64,000 bases of DNA from NCBI GenBank assembly GCA_030390025.1, contig CM059432.1, positions 22,694,001 to 22,758,000 on the forward strand, in the 5' to 3' direction. Origin of the DNA: Squalus acanthias. Taxonomy: Eukaryota. The position numbers and the translations under genes were made by a program. The notes under the pieces were generated by a model, which searched no databases, was not told the origin of the DNA, and saw only the letters and a list, made by a program, of their open reading frames with translations. Position 1 is the stretch's first letter. Each line of letters starts with the position of its first letter. Shown piece by piece: positions 49,160 to 60,483 of this stretch.

Positions 49160-50340
49160 AAGAAAAAAGAATTTGCATTTATATAGCGCTTTTCTTGACC
49201 TCAGGACGTCCCAAGGTGCTTTACATCCAATAAAATATTTTTGAAGTGTAATCACTGTTGTAATGTTGGAAGCACGGCAGCCAATTTACACACTGAGGCC
49301 CCACAAACAGCAATGTGATAATGGCCCGTATTTTCCGATGCTTACGGGTGTGTACAAGGTGTGTACACACCCGTAGGGACATCGGAAATGCCGGTTTCAG
49401 GCATGCGAAGCGCATGCGCTGAAAACCGGCATTTCCGATCTGTCAAGAATCCTCTTGACAGATCGCACGCCTGCCCTGGAGAAGGGCCTCTGTGGGTGGA
49501 GAGTTCCGCTTTCTGCAGAACCTCCACCCGCTGAAATCACTTAGAAATCTTACGCATAAGAGTTTTAAAAAGTTTTTAAAAATTATTTTTTTTCACTCAT
49601 TTATAATTTTAAAATATTTTTTAAAAAGGTAAGTTTATTTTTAGCCCCGTAAAAAACTTTAATTTTTTTTTTCAAAAAATTAAATTTTTGTTTAAAATAT
49701 TAAATTTAATGTAATTTTAACTCATTTTAAAAATGTGATGGTTTTTTAAAAATTTATTTAATGTTTTGATGTGTTTCTGGGGTGATCTCCATTCATACTT
49801 TTGACAGGTCTATCTGTCAAAAATATGAAGGGAGATTCCCTTCGCCTATTGGCTCACCTGGCCCACGTGATCCCAGGGACGCTTGCGAACTGCATGCGCC
49901 CCTGGGATACGTGGGCCCTGCGCATTTCGACTGTGGAGAGACCCAGGATCGGAAGTGTCTGGACCTCGGGAGCCCTCAGGTAAGAACATAGATTTTTTTC
50001 CGATAGGAGGCATCCGCACGCAGGAAGCCTCCTGTCGGAAATTGCGGGCCAATGACTAGGTAATATGTTTTTTTAGTGATGCTGATTGAGGGATAAATAC
50101 TGGCAAGGACACAAGGAGAGCTCCCCTGCTTGTCTTCGAAATAGTGCCATGGGGTCTTTAGCGTCCACCTGAGAGAGCAGACGGGGCCTCGATTTAACAT
50201 CTCATCCGAAAGATAGTGCAGCACTCCCTCGGTACTGCACTGAAGTATCAACCTGGGTTTTGTGCTCAGGTCTCTGGAGTGGAACCCACAACCTTCTGAC
50301 GCAGAGGCGAAATTGCAACCACTGAGCTACAGCTAACACC
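49160..50340 (-). mobile_element. Deu-domain SINE split by a MITE
   Basis: SINE tail at 49160-49322 and body/head at 50051-50340. Confidence 0.85.
49323..50050 (+). mobile_element. Harbinger-type MITE (related subfamily)
   Basis: ggcccgtatttt...aaattgcgggcc; perfect TSD AAT confirmed by restored SINE sequence. Confidence 0.85.
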
Positions 50341-50754
50341 TACGCACATCAGCTCCTCCTGGCCCACAGTGAAACTTATAAAATAAAATTGACTAACCCT
50401 GTCGGCCCTCTCCTGGGCGTCCTGCTCCTTGGCGCCCAGTGTTCCTGGTGAGACCGACACTGGGTGCTGAACGTGCGACTACGTGTTAAAATAACGTTGT
50501 AGCCTGAATAACCTCATCAGATCCTGACTTATGTACTTTAATGCCCCCGAAACCTAGGAGTTAAAAAACAGCCGGCATGAATGCAGAGCCAAGCCGAAGG
50601 GCAGGACGATGCCTCAAGCACAGAGGTTTAAAATCGGGGCTGTTATTTCTGATGGCCGACCCATCAAAGGATATGATTAAGAGGCAGATAGTTAATGCCT
50701 CAATACTAACACGTGCAATATGAGGGAGTTCTTTTGGCATAAAATCACTGCCCT

Positions 50755-51672
50755 GGTTGAGTTTGCTTGTGAAATTAGGTGGCACAGTAAGTAGTGTAGT
50801 GGGAACAGAAAGTTGCAATGGGACATTGATAGATTAAGTGAGTGGGCAAAACTGTGGCAGATGGAGTTCAATATGGGGAAGTGTGAGGTCATCCACTTTG
50901 AACCGAAGAAAGATATATCCGAGTGTTTTCTAAATGGTAAGAAGCTAGGAACTGTGGCGGAGCAGAGAGATTTAGGGGTCCAAGTACAGAATCACTAAAA
51001 GCTGGTGGACAGGTACAAAAGTAATTAAAAAGGCTCAAGGGAGCTGGAATCCAAAAGGGTGGAAGTTATGCTACAGTTGTATAAAGCTTTGGTTAGACCC
51101 CATCTGGAAAACTGTGTTCAGTTCTGGGCACCGCTCCTCAGAAAGGATATATTGGCCTTGGAGGGGATGCAGCACAGATTAACCAGAATGATACCTGGGC
51201 TAAAAGGTTAAATTATGAGGACAGGTTTGTATTCCCTTGAGTATAGAAGATTAAGGGGTGATCTAACCTGAGGTGTTTAAGATGATTAAAGGATTTGAAA
51301 GAGTAGATAGAGAGAAACTATTTCCTCTGTTGGGGGAGTCCAGACCAAGGGGGCTTAACCGTAATATTAGAGCTGGGCCGGTCAGCGGTGATGTCAGGAA
51401 GCACTTCTTCACATAAAGGATTGCGAAAATCTGGAACTCTCTCTTTCAAAAAAGCTGTTGAGGCTAGGTCAATTAAAAAATTAAAAACTGAGATAGATAC
51501 ATTTTTACAACAGCAAAATACTGCGGATGCTGGAAATCTGAAATAAAAACAGAAAATGCTGGAAATACTCAGCAGGTCAGGCAGCATCTGTAGAGAGAGA
51601 GAGAGTTAACGTTTCAGGTCGATGACCCTTCGTCAGATAACTTTTTGTTAGGTAAGGGTATTAAGGGATATG
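50755..51672 (+). mobile_element. Decayed CR1 ORF2 3' part, with a Penelope insert
   Basis: DIDRLSEWAKLWQMEFNMGKCEVIHF, VRPHLE.CVQFW, KGIKGYG (continues after 59146). Confidence 0.85.
51507..51648 (-). mobile_element. Penelope terminal fragment with hammerhead core (CUGACGA)
   Basis: Minus strand tctgacgaagggtcatcgacctgaaacgttaactctc... Confidence 0.8.
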
Positions 51673-52026
51673 GGGGGAGAAATTCATTATAGCCCTGGAA
51701 TGGGCGGTAACTTCAGAAAAGTTAGAGATTTAGTGCCAGGTGCTAATGAATCATGCTGCATGCTAAATTAAGTCTCATCGCTCTAAGAAAGGATGGGAGC
51801 GCTAAATCAAGCGCTAACGGCCTAGCTCAGTGGCGTTACACTCAAAGCGCTAACCAATATCAGGTGCAGTCTAATCGCAAGTCATCATTGCCACAGGCTC
51901 TTTCTAGTTCTTAAAGGGGAGTTTCATTGATGCTGCAGAACCTCACTCTCAGCATTGCTGGCTGTGAACCTGTCAGCAAGCAGAAGAACACCAAGTCCAA
52001 GAAGTCGGACGACTCACCCAGCTCTC

Positions 52027-53959
52027 ATGATGGCAAGTCCACACCCTAGGGAGAGAGCCCGCAGATTCTCAGGCCAAGCATTGGAGGAGTTGGTGTCCAC
52101 TGTGGAGAGACGGAGGACGGAGAGTCCTGTACCCGGCAAGTGGCAGGAGGCCCTTGCTGCAAGTCTTCCGCGCTATGTGGAGGGAGGTTGCCCATCATGT
52201 CTCGGGTAGGACTATGGTCCCCAGGACCCACACACAGTGGAGGAAGAAGTTTAACAACCTCACTCGGGTGGTCAGGGTGAGTCAATGCCTCAATAAATAC
52301 TACATACCACCATCTGAACCACAGGCTGCACACACTGGCCAAAGCACCACATCCCCAGCACTCACCCACCAACAATCTCTACCGACCAATACTCACACCC
52401 ATATCTCACACCTTGCACACAATGACAGCTATTCAACTATGGCAAGCACATCATCCAAACACATTGCTCCACACTCACTTAAACACTTTTCTTTCTCTTG
52501 CAGGTCAAGATGGCTCACAACAGGAGGGACCAGGAGCACACAGGCGGGGGACAAGCTGGCACCCAACCACTGTCGGAGCTGGAAAACAGAGTGTTGGACA
52601 TTATTGGACACCAGGTGGTGGGCGCCGTGGCCACCGGCAACATCGACTCTCTTGGGGACAACAACGGTATGTTCATCCCTACTCCTTCTTCTCACATCCC
52701 ACTTCCCCCTCACCCCACAAACCTTTCGCACCTTCCAGCTAATCTTGCTGTATGCATGCTTTTCTCCCTTCCTGTCCCCCTGCCCTCACCTTAACCCGAC
52801 CCCTGTGCCTTTATGCTTTCAGATAATGATCAAGCACCTGAGCAGCCTGTCCCTGAGGGCACCATAGAGAGTGAGGCGGGAGAAGAGGAGGAGGAACACA
52901 CCACGTCACTGCATCTTTCACCCGCAGGCACCAGCTCAGATACTGGCACTATGTGTTTTTTAGAGGCTTGTATCGTAGCGGGATCTGCATAGGGTGATGT
53001 ACCGGGAACGAGCGGGCTACAGCAAGGCCAGGGAGAAAGGGTAGCTCGGGGGCCAGCTCCTTCGAGGTCGAGTTCGCGCGTGAGTTTTGCTGCACAGACT
53101 CAGATGAGGACCTCAATGGGAGGCCTTTAGAAGAAGGGTGATGGGCGTGCACACGGAGATGATAGGTGCAATGACAAGGGTGCCCGAAGCCTGTCGGCAA
53201 TGATAAGGAGCGTGGAGGAGTCCACCTCCAACATTGCACAAAACTTTGCGCACACCATGGAGCCCATCATTTCCAGTCTGCAAAGGGATGGTAGACTCCC
53301 AGAGAGACCGTGGCAACCCAAACTTTATGCCACGTGTGATGGGTGATCTGGCAGCTTCCATTGCAGCTGTAATGTAGTCTACAGTTGGTGCCATTCAATC
53401 TCAGACTGCTCTCAAGCAGTCTCAGCTTGATGCCACACAAGCTTTGACTGCTGCCATCATGGCTGGGTCATTGTGAGGTGTGGTCTTTTCCCCACAACAG
53501 GGCAGTAACAGCCTCTCTTCGGAGTCGACTGTCAACCAGGGCTTTCACAGTGTCGCAGCAGGCCACCAATCTGTGCTCCAGCAGATTAGTAGTGATGCTG
53601 AGGTGCTGCCCTGGGGGAGTGGCATTGGGTCAGTGGAGCAGGAACCTGCTGTCCTCTCTCAGGATGACAGCATTCCTGCTCCCACCACTGGCACTCCGCC
53701 ATTGCCCTTGTCGCTGTCTGTCATCCAGCCATCCTAGACTGCTGCCGCCCATGCTGAGGTGGTGCAGTCTACAGCCAGGCCTTTCAGGCGCAGAACTGGT
53801 CGAGGGCGTCCTGCAAGGCCAACTGAAGTCTCCCGCACAGACACTCAGCAGCCTTCCACCAGCCGTGTTGCAGCCATTGGGCCAACACTTCGTAGGAGCA
53901 CTAGAGTAGGCATAGGCACAGTAACAAAAGGCACTAAGGGATCGCACAAGGGTGAATAG
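52027..53959 (+). pseudogene. Harbinger Myb/SANT-like DNA-binding protein (NAIF1/MSANTD-like), 3 exons, disrupted
   Basis: RERARRFSGQALEELV..WREVAHHV..RTHTQWRKKFNNL. GT-AG introns 52277-52503 and 52667-52822 join VR|VKMAHNRRDQEHTGGG and an acidic exon 3 in frame. Frameshift in exon 1, stops in exon 3. Confidence 0.85.
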
Positions 53960-54124
53960 TTAATATTGTTTTTGTAAATATGTGTTAATTGATTATTGAT
54001 AAATTTATTAATTCAGTTTGGATTATTTTGTTGTGCGTCTCATTTCAGCTTTGCGCTGTGAAATGGCCTGCGACAGAGATGGAATGATGGGGATGTGGTG
54101 AGCAATGGGGACCTGGGGTTTAAT

Positions 54125-57100
54125 TCATTGGAACCGCAGTCTGATGAGGCGGTCACGGACCGCCCTTTCGGAAGACTAATTGAGTGGCTGCCTCCTCCCT
54201 CGCTCCTGTTCCTCCTCCTCATCATCCTCATCTTCCTTTTCCTCCTCTTCATCCTGGAGCGAGAGCAGCAGCGCTATAAAGAGCATGAGAGGAAGTGGAG
54301 GCAGCAGACCTGGGTGAGACCAGAGCGGGAGCAGAGCGAAAGAGGCAGCGGCTCAACAGAGGCAGAATCCGAAAGAGTGACGTCAGAGTAGAAAAGGTGA
54401 CGTCGGCACAAGGGAAGGAGCTGATTGGTGAGTAGCTGGTGAGTGTTTTTTTTTAAGTTTTAAGTTTATTTCTGCTTAGTTAGTTCTTAGTCTATTAAAT
54501 AAAAGGCATGGCAGGGCAGTTCAGTCCCGTGGAGTGCACATCCTGTGCCACGTGGGATGTCCTGGATGCTTCGCGTAGCCTGGACGACCACATGTGCAGG
54601 AAGTGTCACCAGCTACGGCAGCTGGAGATCCGTGTTTCAGAGCTTGAGCGGCAGCTGGAGTCACTGCGGTGCATCCGCGAGGCTGAGAGTTACGTGGATA
54701 GCACGTTTCTGGAGGTGGTCACCCCGCAGCTTAAGAGTATGCAGGCAGAGAGGCAATGGGTGGCCGCCAGACAGAAGAGGAGGACCAGGCAGGTAGTGCA
54801 GGAGTCCCCGGAGTGCATCTCGCTCTCCAACCAGTATTCTGTTCTGAAAACTGGTGGGGGCGATGGTTCCACCGGGGAGTGCAGCCAGAGACCAGTCCAA
54901 GGCACCACTGGTGGCTCAGCTGCACAGGAGGGGGAAGAAGAAGAGTGGAAGAGCAAAAGTGGTTGGGGATTCGATAGTTAGGGGAGCAGACAGGCATTTC
55001 TGCGGCCGCAGACGTGACTCCAGGATGGTATGTTGCCTCCCTGGTGCCAGGGTCAAGGATGTCACTGAGTGGCTGCAGGACACTCTGAGGGGGGAGGGTG
55101 AACAGCCAGAGGTCGTTGTCCATATCGGTACAAATGACACAGGCAGAAAGAAGGATGAGGTCCTGCAGACAGAGTTTAGGGAGCTAGGAGAGAGATTAAA
55201 AAGCAGGGCCTCAAAGGTAGTAATCTTCGGATTACTCCCAGTGCCACGTGCTAGTGAGTACAGGAATAGCAGGATAGAACAGATGAATGCGTGGCTGGAG
55301 AGATGGTGCACGAGGGAGGGCTTTAGATTCCTGAGGCATTGGGACCGTTTCTGGGGAAGGTGGAACCTGTACAAGCCGAAGGGTTACACCTCAACAGAGC
55401 AGGGACCAATATTCTCGTGGGGAGGTTTGCTAGTGCTGTTGGGGAGGGTTTAAACTAGCTTGGCAGGGGGATGGGCATCAGCATATAGGAGTAGAAAAGA
55501 GAAATAAGGTGCATGAAAGAGTGAGTGTGTTGGATAGTACTAGAGAAGAAAGTAGTACTAGAGCCGGAAGTAGTACCATATTAGATAGTTACAGACTAAG
55601 AAAGACTACGAAAAATTCAAAAATGGGCTTGGAATGCATGTACGTAAACGCACAAAGTGGGGTGAATAAGGTTGGTGAGCTACAAGCACAATTAGCCATG
55701 TGGCAATATGATGTTGTGGCAATAACGGAAACGTGGCTTAAAAACGTTGAGGACTGGGCACTTAATATTCAAGGGTACAAGGTGTTCAGAAAAGATAGGG
55801 AAGGAAAAAAGGGAGGTGGGGTGGCAGTGCTGATTAAGGAAGACATTGTAATGTTGGAAAGGGAGGATGTTCTTGAGGGGACAAGGACAGAATCCATTTG
55901 ATTAGAGTTGAGGAGCAAAAAGGGTTTGATCACGCTATTGGGGGTATTCTATAGGCCTCCAAATAGTAAGAGGGAGGTAGAGGAGAAAATCTGCACGGAA
56001 ATTGCAGAGATATGCAAGAGCTATAGAGTGGTGATATTGGGGGACTTTAATTACCCAAATATCGATTGGGATAATGCTAGGCTAAAGAGAAAGGAGTGAG
56101 AGGAATTTCTGAAATGTGTTCAGGAGAATTTCCTTGACCAGTATGTTCTTGGCCCAACTAGAAAGGAGGCAACGCTGGATCTGGTGCTGGGGAATGAGGT
56201 GGGCCAGCTTGACCAAGTGTCCGTGGGAGAACACTTGGGTGCGAATGATCATCGTATCATAAGATTTAGATTAGCAATGGAGAGGAGCAAGGAACAATCT
56301 GGAGTGGAACTTCTAAACTGGAATAAGGCTAACTTCAATGGGATGCGAAAGGATCTAGCCAGGGTAAAATGGAACCAAAGACTGACAGGAAAAACTGTAG
56401 GAACAATGGGTGATCTTTAAGAAGGAGATGTTCCAAGTACAGGCTAGGTACATTCCAACAAGAGGGAAGGGTAAGGAAAGCAAAGCGAGGGAGATAGAGA
56501 AGATGATGAATCAAAAAAAGAGGGTGCATGATGCATGACAGGTGAATTCTTCAAGGGAGAACCAGACCAAATACAACAAGTTGAGAGGGGAAGTGAAGAT
56601 GAAAATAAGACTGGCAAAGAGAGAATATGAGAGTAGAATGGCGGTTAACATAAAAGGGAACCCAAAAATCTTCTACTGGCATGTAAACGGTAAGCGGGTA
56701 GTAAGAGGCGGGGTGGGGCCTATTAGCGACAAAGAAGGTTTTATATGCTTAGAGGCGCAGGGCAAGGCTAGAATACTCAATGGAACTTTGTATCAGTGTT
56801 TACTAAGGAGGTGGATGCTGACAAAATATCGGTAGCAGTGGAAAAGGTAGAAGCAATGGAAGGGATGAAAATTGATCGACAGGATGTACGAGAAAGGCTG
56901 GGTACGCTTAGAGTGGATAAGTCACCTGGTCCAGATGGCTTGCATCCCAGGTTGCTAAGGGAATTGGGGGAGGAGATAGCGGAAGGGCTTGCCATAATTT
57001 TCCAATCTTCCCTAGATGCGGGGGAGGTGCCTGAGGATTGGGAAGTGGCAAATGTGACTCCATTGTTCAAGAAAGGGTGTAAGGACAATCCTAGTAACTA

Positions 57101-58629
57101 CAGGCCGGTCAGTTTATCATCAGTGGTGGGTAAAGTTTTAGAAACAACAATCAAGGAAAAAATTAATGGGCACTTGGAGAGGTTTCAGCTAATTAAGGAG
57201 AGCCAACACAGATTTGTAAAAGGCAGATCATGTTTGACTAATCTAATTGAATTTTTTGATGCAGTAACAGGGAGGATCGATGAAGGGAATGTAATGGATG
57301 TTGTCTACATGGATTTTAGGAGGGTGTACCACATAGAAGGCTGGTTAACAAAATTGAGGCTCATGGAATAGCTGGATCAGTGGCAGCTTGGATAAGGAAT
57401 CGGCTTAAGAACAGAAAACAGCGAGTTGTGGTAAATGGCTGTTTTTCAGACTGGAGGATGCTACCAGTGGTGTTCCCCAAGGGTCGGTGCTGGGGCCGCT
57501 GCTATTTTTGATATATATAAATGACCTGGATATTGGAATACAGAGTAGAATTTCTAAATTTGCTGATGAAACCAAATTCCTCCTCTCCCTTTTCCTCCTC
57601 CTGAGGTGGTCCTGCAATCCCTGGTGGCAATGGCTGAGCCCTCATGGCCAAATTGTGCAGCGTGCAGCAGACGACAACAAAATGGGACACCCACTCAGCC
57701 TAGTACTGGAGGGCTCCTCCCGCGTGGTCAAGGCAACGGATCAATTGCTTGAGCACCCTGGTGGTCTGCTTGATGATGTTCCTGGTGGCGGCATGGCTCT
57801 CATTATATGATTGCTAGACAGGAGGGTTGGGGTTGCGGAGGGGAGTCATGAGCCAGGTGGAGAGCGGATAGCCCTTGTTTCTGACCAGCCAGCCGCGAAC
57901 TTCATGTGGTGGCTGGAAGAGTGCTGGCACAGCGGTCTGGCACAGGATGAAGGCATCATGGCTGCTGCCAGGATAGCGGGCATTCACATTGAGGATTCAC
58001 TGTCTGTGGTCGCACACCAACTGGACATTAAGTGAGTGGTAGCCTTTGAGGTTATGGATCTCAGGATTGTTACGGAGTGCCCGCAAAACCACATGGGTGC
58101 AGTCAATGGCGCCCTGCACCATGGGGAATCCCGCTATCCTGGCAAAGCCACATGCACGCTCATCCTGCTTCTCTCTGGTGATGGGGAAGGAAATGTAGTC
58201 CCTTCTCCATCTGTAGAGAGCCACTGTGATCTCCCGGATGCAACGATGAATGGCGAACTTTGAGATGTTAGCTACATCTCCTGTTGCAGACTGGAAGGAT
58301 CTGCTGATGAAGAAATTGAGGGTGACGGTGACCTTGACTGCCACAGAGAGCCGTGGGCGCCCTAATCTGAGGCTGGAGGTCTGATTGCAGGAGGTGGAAG
58401 AGTTCTGTCACCACCTCCTTGCTGAAGCGGGGCCTTCTAATACACTGCTCCTCCTTTAATTGGAGGTAGGAGAAGTGCTGTCGAATACCCTCGGAGCGTA
58501 AGGCCTCCTGTTGAGAGCTCTGGTGGCCCTCCTCCTCCCTCTGGCCACATGTTCCAATCTTTTTCGCTGCCTCCGCTCCCTCTGCCATAGATCCTGGAGG
58601 GCGAGGTCGACTGTCAGTACAGCCCCCAT
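54125..58629 (-). pseudogene. HARBI1-like DDE transposase, frameshifted and split by CR1 (pieces 58629-57578 and 54255-54125)
   Basis: [55 protein letters not shown], acidic tail, IRLRFQ*. Confidence 0.9.
54256..57577 (+). mobile_element. CR1 LINE with 5' UTR, ORF1 (Zn finger/coiled coil + SGNH esterase) and ORF2 cut at the RT FADD motif
   Basis: ORF1 from ATG 54508: CTSC..CRKC, leucine heptads, GDSIVR, PGARVKD, HIGTND. ORF2: YVNAQS, AITETWL, YRPPN, GDFNYP, KSPGPDG, ends at KFADETK. Confidence 0.93.
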
Positions 58630-60284
58630 TAATGTAACGAAGTCTAACACTTTGATATGTTGTCAGAATAAATGTAACTAATTTTTAGTAGACACAACAC
58701 TCCGAAGACTAAAGAACCTTTAAATGGCTGAATGAAACTGTTCCACACTGTGAAACTGACAAGGAAGCAGTGAAACAGAACTAACCTGAGAGCTGCGACT
58801 CATTATTCATGATCCCTTTAAGTAGTACCCCTGGAGCTGACATCCGCCTGCTTCATGCCTCCTCTCCCTGTCACTGTCGGGGCGAGGCGCTAAGGCGGGG
58901 GGCGATAATCAATGTGGCAGGTCAGGCGCCCAGTCAGCGTTGCACGCTCACTGACATCACAATCTGCCTGGCACTAAAGTCCCTGCCGTTAACTCGTAGC
59001 AGCAGCACTAGAGGGGGGTGGGGGGGCGCTGAATTTGGCGTGCGGCGCTGAATTCGCCTCGCCCCGGCGTGACTGCCTCTGCGTCCTGTTAGCGCCTCTG
59101 CCAGGCGTTAACTGGAGGCGCCTACCAACCAAATTTCTCCCCCATGGAGCTTAGCCAGTGCTGATTGAAGGGACTGCTGGAGGCCACTTGAAAAACGACA
59201 AGGCAACTTTTTATTCGTTATTTGTGGAGCCCGGAGAAGCAGGAGAACACCTCTTGGTTCCACAAAATATTGCGGGCCGCTGCCAGCCCGGGCTTGCCCC
59301 CTTCGCTTCGCTTTGCCAGCTCCCAGGACTTAATTGCCGGCCAGCTCAGTATCAGAGCTGGTCAGAATCAGACAAGCCCTAACCGGCGAGCTGCATAGGG
59401 ACACCCGATAGGTCCCCAACATGCCTGTTTAATGCAAATGAGGCCCGAGGCTCATTTTCAATCAGGCCTTAGGCCACAGGGGACCAATGCGTGAAGATGC
59501 CACTTTGCCGACCCCAGTTTCTCGATGGACATGTTAAACCACTTTGGACTATTTTTGTTTTTATTGTATTAAGTACGGTGCTACTACTTTCTTGCCGTGT
59601 CTTACTGTTTCTGTGTGTTATCTTATTTGTAAATAAATCTATTAGTTTTAGCCTAAATGCAATTGTCTTTCGGACAGTGTGAGACAATATTGTGGGGTTT
59701 CCACGTAATCTCTGGTGTGTTATGTCGTAAGTCTGGGCAATTATTCGTCTCGTGCTTAGCTGTCTTACTCATGGCACATGTGATGGCTCACGTTTTGGCA
59801 AGAGCGGGAGGAAGCCCAAACTGCTTGTCGTGTAACAGTTCTGTTGCCATGAAACATGATTGAAATATCTGTAACAGTTGAAATGAATGTGCAAGTCGGC
59901 TGCAAAAGCTGCAACTTTCCACCTACACCCCATTTATCTGGAAAAATCAACCTGGGTTCTTGTACGTTCATATTTATGAGGATAGCATGTCCTTTCCACT
60001 AAAGGCAGATGACTCCCTGCAGATGGAGGGAGGCATTACCTTGGCAAGAAATATGTATATGCACTGTTATTCATGTCGTGTGTTTGAAATGGTGTGAGTT
60101 GAATCAATGTTATATGTATGACCTGGCACTGCAGGATATGAATGGCAAATGTTGTCCTCTTGATTTAAAGTGCGACATCTGACTCATCCCTGCATATATA
60201 CAGCTATATCTGTGCACCCCACTTCATTGGCATCATTTACAAAAACAGAATGTTCTGCTGAGTTTAGGCCAGTCAGATTTATAA

Positions 60285-60376
60285 GGGTAAATTTAACCTA
60301 ACCCAGGCAGGGTGTAAAATAGGTGGCCAATCCAATCCTGTCAGTTTCCTGTTGATGGGTTAGGTTAAAATTACCC
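60285..60376. repeat. 92-bp mini-MITE/hairpin
   Basis: 20-bp arms GGGTAAATTTAACCTAACCC / GGGTTAGGTTAAAATTACCC (1 mismatch). Confidence 0.75.
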
Positions 60377-60483
60377 GTAGTATCAGAACCAAAACAAACT
60401 GTACACACGCTAAAAGTTCAGTTACCAGGTGGTGTATAACACAAAGGGATATAAAGAATGGTTGTGAAGAAAATGCCTTCAAT

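Larger units (their letters stand above)
51673..59143. mobile_element. Formerly autonomous PIF/Harbinger transposon (~4.15 kb net), interrupted by a CR1
   Basis: TIR gggggagaaatt / aatttctccccc; TSD ATG (51670-72 / 59144-46); convergent Myb and transposase genes. Confidence 0.9.
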
